From positions 17,548,001-17,608,000 of the forward strand of contig CM052817.1 in NCBI GenBank assembly GCA_028534125.1: a stretch of DNA of 60,000 nucleotides, in the 5' to 3' direction. The notes under the pieces were generated by a model. That model saw nothing but the letters and a program-made list of their open reading frames with translations, did not search any database and was not told the DNA's origin. The first letter of the stretch is position 1; each line of letters starts with the position of its first letter. Positions 1 to 11,425 of the stretch are shown piece by piece. The translations under genes and the position numbers were made by a program. Source of the stretch: Lama glama (taxonomy: Eukaryota).

Positions 1-331
1 GGAGACTCTCAGAAGAGAAAGGGAGTGGGGGAGGCTGGGGAGGGCAGAGGATGTGAAGTCAGCCTGATCCCATGGGCAGCTCGGGAGTGTGAGTTCCCCC
101 ATAGAGGGGCTCATGCCTTGAGGCAAGGGACTCGCCTGTTATAGCCTATTGCAATCAGTCACTGGCAGTAGGCTGCCCCAAAAGGGGAGAGTTAACCTTC
201 TGGGCTGAGCAGCAATTCCTGGAGAAGGGGCAGCCGTGAGCTGCCAGCATCCAACACTCACAGCGGCTGGGGGATGGGTGCAGCAGCCCAAGCAAGGCGA
301 TTTGGATGGGGCACCAACAGCATCCACCACA
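1..331 (-). mobile_element. ERVL LTR, LTR16 family, cut by window start
   Basis: Reverse complement begins TGTGGTGGATGCTGTTGGTGCCCCATCCAAATC...CCCAGCCGCTGTGAGTGTTGG, the LTR16-type 5' end. Confidence 0.75.
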
Positions 332-579
332 GGCAGTCGGGAAAGCACTAATAGGAACCATCTGCCCCTATTCCTCCTACCAGATGAACTGCACTTCAGA
401 AGCATGGAAAATACTGACATCTGTGGGGTAAGAAAGGGCATCCAGGGGTCCCTCATTTATCTCCGAGATTAAATATAAATTTTACCACCAACCTCTATTT
501 CCAGGCTTATGTCCCAAGACTCTCACAAACCTAGTCTATGTGCAAAGTCACCTGGAAACTTGCTCTTTTATGAATCACC

Positions 580-922
580 CCCCGTGCCTTTGCTCCAACT
601 CTTTTCCCTCTTCTGCCAAGAGTGCCCTCTCTTCCCCTAGACCTGTGAAATTCTATCCACACTTCAAGGCCCTCTTGAATACTGACTGCTTCATAAAGCT
701 TTTCTTAATCACTTGACAGGATATGAGGTTTTTCTTCTTTGAAACCTCAAAGCCCTGACTTTCTGCAGTGGGTTTCATTCTATGAATTTGAGTCATTTGA
801 TAAGCATTATTCCCCAAATCTTGTACGAACTCTTCAGGAAGAATGCCATCTTTTTCTTTTTACAGCATCTGGCAAACACCCTAAATAATAAAGGCACTTA
901 ATTAGTATGTGTGTAACTGAAT
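580..922 (+). mobile_element. L2 LINE 3' fragment
   Basis: GTGCCTTTGCTC...AATTCTATCCACACTTCAAGGCCC... and degenerate terminus GCACTTAATTAGTATGTGTGTAACTGAAT. Confidence 0.55.
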
Positions 923-983
923 ATCTACTTCGATGAGATTAAACATCCGTGCATGATTGCAGCCTTTTGTAATCACCCAGAGC

Positions 984-1133
984 TGACGTTTGCTGAGTAC
1001 TTGCTATGTGCTGTGCATGAAGTATTTTCTTTGCATTAATGATCTCCACCCCACAGATAAGAAACTAAAGCTCAGAGAGGTCATGCAACTTGCCCAAAGC
1101 CACATAGGTAGCAGGTGGTAGATTTGATACAGG
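984..1133 (-). mobile_element. MIR SINE fragment
   Basis: ACAGATAAGAAACTAAAGCTCAGAGAGGTCATGCAACTTGCCCAAAGCCACA, the antisense MIR core. Confidence 0.8.
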
Positions 1134-1145
1134 AAAAAACAGATG

Positions 1146-1784
1146 TGGGGTGAGAAGAGGTCTGTGTCCCAGGTCTCCGTTGAGTCCCTGGGATGTGTCC
1201 CGCCAAGTCTGGGTCCTTGGTTTTGTGCAGGGAAGAATTCATCAATGAGCCACAGTTGAGTAAATGTAGACTTATTTAGAGAGACACATACTACATAGAG
1301 TGTAGGCTGTTTCAGAAGGCGAGAGAAAGGCCACAAGGTGTGGGGGTTGGGAGCTCAGGTTAAAGTAAAAGTAGACACACACTCCATAGACAGAGTATGG
1401 GCCACCTCTGGAGATGAGGAAGAGAGAGGCAGCCACCAGGTGTGGTGTTGCTAATTTTCATAGGCTTGGTAGCTTCACATGCCAACAAGTGGGAGGAATT
1501 CCAACTACCCTGGGGAAGGGGCTGGGATTCCCAGGATCTGGACCACTGCCCAATCTTTGACCTTTTATGGTTTGCCTTGGGGCGTCATGGCGCCTGTGGG
1601 CATGTTATTTATCATGCTAATATATTACAATGAGCGTGTAATGAAGCTCAAGGTCGACTAGAAGTCAAATTTCCCGCCATCTTGATCTTCAAGGCCTACT
1701 GGGGTTGAATGTTCCACCATTTTGATGTTAATTGCTGTGTCATTCCTTGAATGGCTGTGCCCTGCCCCTTTCCCTCCTGTCTCA
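1146..1784 (-). mobile_element. ERV1-class solo LTR, MER41-like (artiodactyl/camelid lineage)
   Basis: Minus strand runs TGAGACAGGAGGGAAAGGGGCAGGGCACA ... TTCTCACCCCA (TG...CA termini). Flanks GATG/GATT suggest a 4-bp TSD. CpGs are retained, so it is relatively young. Confidence 0.7.
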
Positions 1785-2089
1785 GATTGAGTGGGACTTA
1801 GGTTTGTCTTAATTTAGAGACACTCACAGGCTTGCAATCAGAAGACGTGGATGCCTTGTTGGGCACAACCCTTAACAAACCTGGCAGAGACTGGCAAGTC
1901 TCCTGAGCAAAGAGCTAGAACAGTGCTTCTCTGGTTTCAATGTGCACATGATCACCCAGGGCTCACTGAGAACGGGGAGACCAACCAAAAACACACCCAA
2001 ACACACAACCCATGTAGCACCATGTGAGAACTTCTGCAATAGAAATATGCCTTCACTGAAAAGAAGGTGAGAACCCAGCAGAGGTGGAG

Positions 2090-2470
2090 ATGGAAGCAAG
2101 GGAAAATGCCTCTAAAAAACTTACTCGAGAGTTGAGTCTTAAGGATGAGGGAGGTGGCCAGGTAAACGGAAGAAAGGGAAGAAAGAGCATTTCAGTTGGT
2201 GGGTTCAGCACATGCAAAGTTAAGGAGGTGAGAGGGTCCTGCGGCATTTGGGGAACTGTCAGTGGCTGAATGTGGCCAGAGAACAGAGTGAGGTGCCACT
2301 GGCAAGAGCCCAGGCTGGGGATGAGGAGGAGGGCAGATCCAAGAGGCATCATCACTTCACACCAAGGAGAAGGGGAACCAGCAAGGACTTCAAGGTGAGT
2401 GACAGTGTCAGCCTGACCTCCAGAAGTTTCCTTCCCACTGCTCTCAGGGAGACTGTATAGATGGGACGGA
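2090..2470 (-). mobile_element. L2 LINE fragment
   Basis: GAGTTGAGTCTTAAGGATGAG...AGAGCATTTCAG...CAGCACATGCAAAG pattern of antisense L2. Confidence 0.7.
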
Positions 2471-2959
2471 GGTGGGGCTGCTCAACTTACCTTAGAGGAG
2501 GGGGCTTCTGGGTCCCAACCAACCTCACTGCCTGGGCGCCCACAGCAGATGGATGTCCCAAGGATTCAGACTGCACATCCAGGCTTTTCCAGAGTTAGGG
2601 AGGCACAGAGCCACACCGTCGCACCAAACCAGCACTTGTGAGGAAGGACCTCAGGACGTGGAGTAGAAGGGAAGGGAGTACAAATCAAAGGCGAGTGTGC
2701 AAGGCAGCCCCATCCCAGGATCAGCCTCAGTTATCTCTTTACTAGACATTCAGTTCTCAACCTTTTTTCTGATGAGACATACAAGGCACTGGACCTACAC
2801 CAGCCAGACTCACATCGACACACCCAGGGTTCTTACACATTTCCAGGAGCCACAGTCCTTGCGGATGAGAGTGACATTCACCAAGGGAGACCCGTGAGCT
2901 CACTCTAATTCACAAAAGAAGTAAATCATGCAGAACCCTGATATTTTCCCCATTGCTGG

Positions 2960-3210
2960 GAGTAGATTACAAGCTTGGATGTCAAACAGTCTCACGTTCC
3001 CATTGACTCCCTCACTTACAGGCTGTGTGGCCTTGATTAATGTACTTAAATTATTTGAGCCTCAGCTTTCTCATCTGCAGAATGGGTGTGATAATAGAAC
3101 TCCCACCATGGAGGGTTCATCGATAGGGCTGGATCCAATTATTCAATCTAAAGGCTTGGCTGTGTGCATGGTACCTGGTAAATACTCAATAGATAATAAC
3201 TACCTTATTA
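2960..3210 (+). mobile_element. MIR SINE
   Basis: CACTTACAGGCTGTGTGGCCTTG...GAGCCTCAGCTTTCTCATCTGCAGAATGGG...GGTAAATACTCAATA. Confidence 0.8.
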
Positions 3211-4309
3211 TTGATACTTTCTTATCCTTTTAACAATATGCCTCCCAGCTGATTGGAACACACCAGTGTGTAATGACACTGTGCTGCAAATTTGTGTATT
3301 AGAGAAAGGAAAACCATTTTGTATACATGACTCCTAAGTGACTTACATTTATCCTTGAAAGTCAGCACATTGTTTCTTTTAAAACATATTGTTAATTCAA
3401 AACTTGAACTAATTCACCAGCCTTCCCCTCTGCTCCCAATCAGCAAGACTTTTAGGAACTGGGTTGTTACAGATTCTACACTAAAATTCAACTTTAATTT
3501 CCTATGATAGAGCCATCATTCTCAAGATCTGCTGGGTGAAAACCCTGTCAACGGTGAGGCAGAAGGAGCTAGAAGTGGCTTCTTGAGCATCACCAGAGGG
3601 AATATGAGTCCTGATCCTTCAGCAGCCCGCACGCCTGGGCTCCACGTGGCCTGGAGTCTCAGCCTTTCCCAGAAGTTGTTTCTCTCCACTACCCATTGGG
3701 GCAGGAATATCTTGATTAAGAAGATCCTCTTTAAAGGTCTCCTCATCTGAAAAAAACAGGAACGCTGTCCCCTCATCCCTCAAAGGATTGGATTAGTTGG
3801 GTTGTTGACAGGTCCCCCAAAGATGAACAAGAGATTCCACTGCCTGATTTGAGCCATTGTCACCTGGGACAATGGGCTTTTCACTCCTCCTGCATAGCCC
3901 ACCCTGACCTTCCAGCACAGTCTCTCTACAACAGAGATCCCTCCGAAAATGCAATCTGGCTTCTCCCTCCCAGGTCAAGAACTCTCAGTAGAGCTCTGTG
4001 ACTCTAAGAGCAGAACATTCTCCAGCTCACAAAGCCGGTGTGCAGATTGTGCCCTGCATCTGGACCCTTCCTGCCCTCTGGGTCCATGCCAACCCTCGGG
4101 ACGTCCTTCCAAGGTGTGGACCCCACCCCCACCTCTGCCTGTGCTGACGTCTCTGCTGAGCCAACACCCCCGTCCTCCTCTCCCATCTCTGTCCACCTCG
4201 GCTCTCGCTGCTAATGTCACTCCCTTGAGGAGGTCGCTTTTGACCCCCCAGTAGCTCCTATGCTCTCAGGGCTCCTTGTTCTGACCCTCTATCAGCCTTA
4301 TCACTGCCT

Positions 4310-4425
4310 CCTTGAGTGGAAAATCAGCTTCCTGAGGGCAGAGACTGTTTTGCTTCCCTCCTTTTTCCCAGCACCTATTGGTTCTGGTGCCCAAGTGACA
4401 TCTGATAGAGAATCAATAAATATTT
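4310..4425 (+). mobile_element. L2 3' terminal fragment
   Basis: AGCTTCCTGAGGGCAGAGACTG...CCCAGCACCTA...TCAATAAATATT. Confidence 0.55.
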
Positions 4426-4861
4426 TCTTTTAAATAGCGTTCCTATGTGAATGTTAGGGACTCAGATGAGGAGCTCCGTTTTCACCAAGAGAAACGAAGC
4501 AGAAGAGTTAGCGATGTCATTGAGTTGATTGTTAGAGACTGAACTATTCCAGTGACAAGTGCAGATCTGCCTAGTCCTTTGAATATTATGCTGGCAGGGG
4601 TTACTTACCATAATCCTAACGTTCCCTTCAGCCTCTCAAACCCATTCATTGTTAGGAGCCACTGGTCATCATTTCTTCCCCCATGAAGTCTTTGGTCTCT
4701 TTGGGGCAATTATGTCACCAAAAACAATTTTGATGGAAATCAAGTGAGACGGAGGCAATCAGTGGAAAAAGATTTTCTCTGTCATCCGATTTCCCTTATT
4801 TACCTCTCTTGGGTCTGGGAGTCAGGGTGGGTGTGGGGAAGGGGAGGAGATGCCCTAAAAC

Positions 4862-5146
4862 TTGCCACTCAAAATATTACCAACCCATATTAAGTACAGA
4901 AAATGTTAAGTACAAAATGTTACCAGCTTATGTTAAGTCTAGAAACTTTTAGGGCAATTTGACATTGCCATGACATTCAAGAACACGGTCAATGGGCCTG
5001 ACTCAGTGAACAGGGCAACAGGGGCCACTTCAAGTGCGGTTGAACTTGGATACTGAGTCACGTACAGTAGGACAACAGACTCTTCCTCAATATTTTGGAA
5101 AATTTCAAAAACTAGCCCTTCAACCACAGATAGTTTGAAAAACATG
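4862..5146 (-). mobile_element. hAT-Charlie non-autonomous DNA transposon (MER119-like)
   Basis: Minus strand has TGTTTTTCAAACTATCTGTGGTTGAAGG ... GCAATGTCAAATTGCCCTAAAAGTTTCTA ... TTTGAGTGGCA, with Charlie-type termini. Confidence 0.5.
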
Positions 5147-5209
5147 TTATAAAAGATGATGTAGCCTTGGTCATGTTGTAAGGAGAAGTCAAGACTTCAA
5201 GAAGTACTT

Positions 5210-5779
5210 TAGCCAAGACATGGAAACAACCTAAATGTCCATCGACAAATGACTGGATAAAGAAGTTGTGGTATATTTATACAATGGAATACTACTCAGC
5301 CATAAAAATAATAAAATAATGTCATTTGCAGCAACATGGATGGACCTGGAGAATATCATTCTAAGTGAAGTAAGCCAGAAAGAGAAAGAAAAATACCATA
5401 TGATATCACTTATATGTGGAATCTAAAAAAAAAAAAGAGAGAGAGACAAATGAACTTTTTTACAAAACAGAAACAGACTCACAGACATAGAAAATAAACT
5501 TATGGTTACCAGTGGGGAAGGGGGTAGGAAGTGATAAACTGGGAGTTTGAGATTTGCAGATATTAACTACTATATATAAAATAGATAAACAACAAGTTCA
5601 TACTGTATAGCACAGGGAAATATATTCAATATCTTGTAGTAACTTATGGTTAAAAAGAATATGGAAATGAATATATGTATGTTCCTATGTGACTGAAGTA
5701 TTGCGCTATACACCAGAAACTGACACATATTTATAAACTGACTATACTTCAAATATATATATATATATGTATTTTTTAA
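5210..5779 (+). mobile_element. 5'-truncated artiodactyl/camelid L1 (ORF2 C-terminus + 3'UTR)
   Basis: AGCCAAGACATGGAAACAACCTAAATGTCCATCGAC...GACTATACTTCAA. TSD AAGAAGTACTT (5199-5209) / AAGAAATACTT (5780-5790). Confidence 0.95.
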
Positions 5780-5854
5780 AAGAAATACTTAAAACTAAGA
5801 AACATCTAAAGGCAGAAATGGAAAGGAAAATAAAAGAATGGTCACTGTCCATTG

Positions 5855-6010
5855 CAGTGGGTCATGGAAAAAGTCCTTGGAGTTGAATCTTGAGTTGGGT
5901 CTAGAAAGAAATTATTGGCAAATATTGAGGAACAAGGGGTAGGAGGGCATTTCAGGGAAGAAGCAGCACATAAGCTAAGGCTTATGGAGATTATGCAGGA
6001 CGTGTGAAGG
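5855..6010 (-). mobile_element. L2 fragment
   Basis: TTGAGTTGGGTCTAGAA...GAGGGCATTTCAGGGAAGAAGCAGCACATAAGCTAAGG. Confidence 0.55.
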
Positions 6011-6029
6011 GCATACACATTCCTTGCTC

Positions 6030-7015
6030 ATTAAACAGAAATAGTTAAGTAAAGAGACTGGGTTCTACCATTTGGCAATCATCACAATGATCATTGATTT
6101 GGGCAAAAGCATCAAGATGGTATGAACAGTGGAAAGTTTGAGAAAAAGCAGAATATTTATATAGTCCCAAAGTGTCTGTCCTCCAGATTCTTATTAATGA
6201 CAAAGCAAACATTGCAACCCTATGGTGGAGAAACATGGCAGGCACCACCTCAACTAAATGATCAAAGTTAACGTTACAAGTTAAGAGAAAAATCAACATC
6301 ACGTGCCTCCTGATATGAGGCAATGGGAAGAATGCAACATCATATTCGTGTTATTTCTGCCAAAAAATGTTCATCTGAATCTACTCATGAGAAAAAATCA
6401 GGCAAATCCCAACTGAAACCATTCTATAAAGTAGCTGAATTGTATTCCTTTTTTTTTTTTTGAAAGTAGAAAAGGAATTTATTAGGTTACTCTGCCATAG
6501 ACAACAGCAAGCCACACAGCTGAGAGGTGCCTGTGTGAGCCCTGAATTGTATTCTTCAAAATATCAATATCATGAAAGACAAAGATGAAGGAACTGTTGC
6601 AAATTCAAGGAAACTGAAGAGATATGACAACTGAATGCAATGTATGATCTGCAATTTTTTTTTTTGCCTTAAAGGATATTATTGGGCCAACTGGTAAAAT
6701 CTGGATAAGGTCAGCCCTTTAGATAATGATATTGTATGAATGTTAATTTCCTGAATGTGATGATCATACTACCATTCATAAATAAAAAGCTCTAATTTTT
6801 TAGGAAATACACACTGATATATGTAAAGAGGCATCGTGTTTCCAACAGTTCAAAAAATATATAGTAAGTATGAGGTACAGAGAGAAATCGAGATAGAGAA
6901 TAAAGCAAAGTGTAAAATGTTAACATTTGGGACATACTGGTGAAAGGTATATGAGGTTTCCTTGTACTATTCTTGTAACTTTTCTGTGAGTCTGAAATTA
7001 TTTCAAAACAAAAAA
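6030..7015 (+). mobile_element. Ancient L1MC-type 3'UTR, interrupted at 6448-6541
   Basis: GGAGAAACATGGCAGGCACCACCTCAACTAAATGATCAAAGTTAAC...CTTGTACTATTCTTGTAACTTTTCTGTGAGTCTGAAATTATTTCAAAA. Confidence 0.85.
6448..6541 (-). mobile_element. Short polyadenylated retroposed insertion of unknown source
   Basis: T13 tract (6449-6461), TTTATT (AATAAA on minus) at 6478-6483, flanked by direct repeat CTGAATTGTATTC (6435-6447 / 6542-6554). Confidence 0.85.
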
Positions 7016-7249
7016 GTGCAAAGGAGAGAAGAGAGCCCCTGGGCTCCAGTCCCTGCCTGACCCGGAGTGAGTTCAGTGTCCCCACCCACTGGATCCCTTC
7101 CTGCCTTCTCCAGCCCTTCCAGTTGGAGGCCTCATGCCTTGGCCTCTCTTCACCCAGATCCTCCCAGCTTATTTCTGGATTTACACCTTCCCTCCTCTTC
7201 CTGTCTAATATTTCTTTCAGACTACACCCTGATAGCTGATCTCTTTGGC

Positions 7250-7749
7250 NNNNNNNNNNNNNNNNNNNNNNNNNNNNNNNNNNNNNNNNNNNNNNNNNNN
7301 NNNNNNNNNNNNNNNNNNNNNNNNNNNNNNNNNNNNNNNNNNNNNNNNNNNNNNNNNNNNNNNNNNNNNNNNNNNNNNNNNNNNNNNNNNNNNNNNNNNN
7401 NNNNNNNNNNNNNNNNNNNNNNNNNNNNNNNNNNNNNNNNNNNNNNNNNNNNNNNNNNNNNNNNNNNNNNNNNNNNNNNNNNNNNNNNNNNNNNNNNNNN
7501 NNNNNNNNNNNNNNNNNNNNNNNNNNNNNNNNNNNNNNNNNNNNNNNNNNNNNNNNNNNNNNNNNNNNNNNNNNNNNNNNNNNNNNNNNNNNNNNNNNNN
7601 NNNNNNNNNNNNNNNNNNNNNNNNNNNNNNNNNNNNNNNNNNNNNNNNNNNNNNNNNNNNNNNNNNNNNNNNNNNNNNNNNNNNNNNNNNNNNNNNNNNN
7701 NNNNNNNNNNNNNNNNNNNNNNNNNNNNNNNNNNNNNNNNNNNNNNNNN
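7250..7749. other. Assembly gap (500 N)
   Basis: Run of exactly 500 N. Confidence 1.
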
Positions 7750-7892
<143 letters not shown>

Positions 7893-8160
7893 TGATGGGG
7901 CTAAGTTCTAATAACACCCACAACACGCACTGGGACCACAATTTTTTTTCCAATACCCAGGCCTGGTTGCTGGGGCCATCTCGCCACATGAGACCACTTC
8001 CCTTAGTGTGGGTTCTTTCCTAGCCCTGCTGACCCTACAATTTGAATTTTGTATGTATCTGAGATAGAGATCAGAGGTGTAAACGGATTTGTGAAGGGTG
8101 TTGCCTGTTGTCCCTGGTCAAAACACCTGGGGGCCAGAGCCATCCCCATCAGAACCCTCT

Positions 8161-8265
8161 GTTTACTTCTGAGGCTCAGAGAAGTTATTGAGGGTCTAGC
8201 ACAGGTTGCCACAAGTAGGTGTCAAGATTTGGACCCAGATCTGCAGGACTCTCCAGTCCATCGCC
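8161..8265 (-). mobile_element. MIR fragment
   Basis: CTGAGGCTCAGAGAAGTTA...GATTTGGACCCAGATCTG...CTCCAGTCCA. Confidence 0.6.
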
Positions 8266-8591
8266 TTGTCTCCTCTCCAAAGGGTAGCATAGCCAGGAAT
8301 TTGGTAAATGGAGGCCCTCCTACTGAAGAGATTGTTAGTTAAATGGAGCTCTACTGGACCAGCCGAGGATTCAAGAAATATTTTGGGCAACTGTTCATGC
8401 TGCTGCCACTGCTGCTGCTGCTGGTTCCATGCTTGGCTTATCCAGGCCACACATTTTTCTTTCTTTCTAGTATCTCTTTCTTCACAAGCACTTTATTTAC
8501 CCTGAAGAAGGTAACATCAAGCATGGCCCATTTTTATATAGTGCTGGAAAAATGCTTGAGGGAGGTAGAAGGAAGGGTTGAAACTACTGGC

Positions 8592-8736
8592 AATGTGGTT
8601 TTATAGAAAGAGCGTGGGTCTCAGACTCAGACAGGCCTGGGTTCAAATCTGGGTTTATTACTTACTATTTGAGTAAATGTTCAGCAGTTCAAGGCCCTCA
8701 TCTTTAAAACAGATAATGCCATCTAACTCTGAGTTG
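8592..8736 (+). mobile_element. MIR fragment (5' tRNA-like part)
   Basis: AGAAAGAGCGTGGGTCTCAGACTCAGACAGGCCTGGGTTCAAATC...CTCATCTTTAAAA. Confidence 0.7.
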
Positions 8737-11392
8737 AGGGAGAAAACTTATTTTAAATCACCAGTCCTAAAGAGAGGATGAATGGACCTTTGTTTCCCTC
8801 TCTTTGACTGACCTTTTTAGGACTATATGAGAATTTCAGCTCTCTCTATTTTTCTGATCATTCCTCTTATAGACAACCCTAAAGTCAACTCAGAAGTAGG
8901 CTTTGTTTCCATGGAGATGTATTTAAGGTAAACAAATTTGAAAAGGGGAAGCACAGACGCCCATCCCCGACGCCCACTCACAGCCAATGCACAGCCTCAG
9001 CAGAAATGTTTCCAAAGAAATGTTTCACAAAGCTTTTGGGGAAGGCACCGAGGGCTCTTTCAAAGTCTTTACACGCTTTTTTCATTGTACAGTTCTTGAA
9101 ATGAACAATAATTTGAAACAGATAATAATGAACTTCACACAGCAGTGGATCAAAAGTGGAATTATTGAGCTCACCATTGTCTCACATAATTAGGCTGACA
9201 CGCTTTTGAATCTAAATGGATGGCTCTTTTCCCCTCTCTTCTGTATGTGCACATTTATTTATTAATGGGCAGAATATTACAAGATTTCTGGACCCCACAT
9301 TGTTTCAGTTCTAATCTAGACAACTTACTTTCTCCTGAAACTCTGATTTTCCTTTCTTTTTTTCTTTCTTGGCATCATTATTTTGTAAGTTTCAAAGGGG
9401 AATTACTTCCTTGAGTGTGCATGGAAATGTAAGCACATAAATCACTGAATTTACTTAACAAGGAGTACTAACCCCACTGTCACTTCCAACTGAACAATGC
9501 CTTCTTAGGGAAAAATGCTGCAAATGCCTTAGGAGACCAAAGTACATCCAGTTAAATGACTTTTAAACATTCTACAAAATAATTTCTCTATTTGAAATAA
9601 TAAGCTTAAATAGCTTATTAAACACAGCAGCAATTAGATAATAGATATTTGTTAATTTGGTCTAACTTTAGATCTCTCTTCAATCATGGCAGAACCAGCT
9701 TTACAGGGATGTAAACATTCATTTGAAAACCTAATAACAGAGTGGTTTCCTCTACTCTGCCTCTACTGCAAGAACCAACTTTTGATGAGTGAAAATCAAC
9801 TCATGTCTCACCCAAAACATCTGTCCTCAAGATGTGACACCTAAAATGATACGGCAGAAACATGTCACCAAAGGCAACAACTCATAAAATCATGGCTAAC
9901 AGTGATAGACAGACTTGTTGCCATCAACCACATAAAAGAAAGAGAAAGGGCATCTAATAAAGCCTTTAGTAGTCGCTAGTACATGTCTTGAATTTTCTAA
10001 ATGCTCTAAATGGGAAACTTGATGTGGCCAAATGTTGTAAAACCACAGGCAGAAGAGTCTGCGCTCTCGAGGATAAACACAGTGGCAGGGAGAGAGATTA
10101 GCAGAACCATTGTCCCCAAACCAGAATGTCTAGATGTTTCTGGTGGACACATTAAGCCACTGTCCTCAAGGTGGGCTTTGAGTCTTAGCTAGTGGGACAT
10201 AAGGAAGCACAGTCACTATGCAGGGGAGGCCCAGCCGGGCCACTGGTCATTAACTTCACCAGCTCCATCCTTCAACATCAGATCCAGAGCAGAGAATGAA
10301 GAGGGAACGGAGGTGCTTTTTCCCTTTGTCATATAAACAAATCTGTTGGATGAGATGTGAGAAGAGTTGAGCAGCCACAAAGCTATAGAATCGCTGAATA
10401 CTGGAGATGGAAAAGTTGTAGAAGAGGAAACTGCAGCTGACAGTGTTGAAATGACTCGCCCAAGGTCACGGAGAAACCGCTACCACCCTTCACCACTTGT
10501 GACTTGAATGGAAATAGTCTTTTTCTGACATGAAAAAAAAAAAAGAAAGAAAGAAAAGTGAGTACACTGTGTGTCAGCAAAAGCTATGCCACATGCAGCT
10601 AGATCATTGCCCAACAAAGGAAATGTGGATTCACAGAACTAGCTTCCTACTTCAAACACTATTTTTCCTGTAATTGGGTAAGGCTGGGGGCAAACTTTGG
10701 TCAAACACCACAAAGATAGGGGAAAGTCTTCTGTATAAGCTGTAGGCCCAGTTAAGACTTCTCAACCACTGATCAACCCAGTATTGCCTGAGGCATAACC
10801 AACATGGGCGAGGCCTTCTGGAAAATATAGGAAAAACATATGACAATGGTCTTTTCCCTCAGGAAAAATGTGAACAACTGTAGGAGATCATCAGAGACCA
10901 AGTGCAAAGACTGAGTCTTGAAAATGATTCCCAATAGGAGTTCGGACATGGGAGAAATCATACGACATTGGACATATAGTCAAGGGTGGCTTGATTGACC
11001 TGATCTCCAAGGTACCTTGAAGGCTGGGTTGGGTAAGAGAATAGGTATAGAGGGAGAGACAAATTGGGAGTATCTAAGTGGGAACAAAGTTTTTGATGTA
11101 GGAATTAATGTGGCTCCAGAAAGTCTGGTGAAGAGACCAACTAAGTGGCCTAGAAGTTGGATTTAAGGACAAAATGGAAAACAACACAGAATCCACTGGG
11201 AAAAACGTGATGAATGACTCACCAAATCATTTAGCTGAAACAATACAAAACAAAGCAACAGAGTCAAGACCCATTTCCTTGGAGATCCTTGTCTCACCAG
11301 TACGTTAAGAAAAACTCAGATCTGCAAATTTTAGATATACATATGCCAGAATCATCAAAAGGTTATATTCTTTATATTGTGGCCAATATCTT

Positions 11393-11425
11393 TTGGAGGG
11401 GGGCAGATGGGGATGTAATTCCCTC
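11393..11425 (-). mobile_element. 33-bp TSD-flanked micro-insertion, possibly the extreme 3' end of a Vic-1-type SINE
   Basis: 15-bp direct repeat TGTGGCCAATATCTT (11378-11392 / 11426-11440). The insert resembles the antisense Vic-1 tail TTTT-G-rich-GTAATT. Confidence 0.5.

Noticed and set aside
8343..8606. ORF with a signal-peptide-like poly-Leu stretch
   Set aside because: The hydrophobic run comes from a short (CTG)n tract. There is no supporting exon structure.
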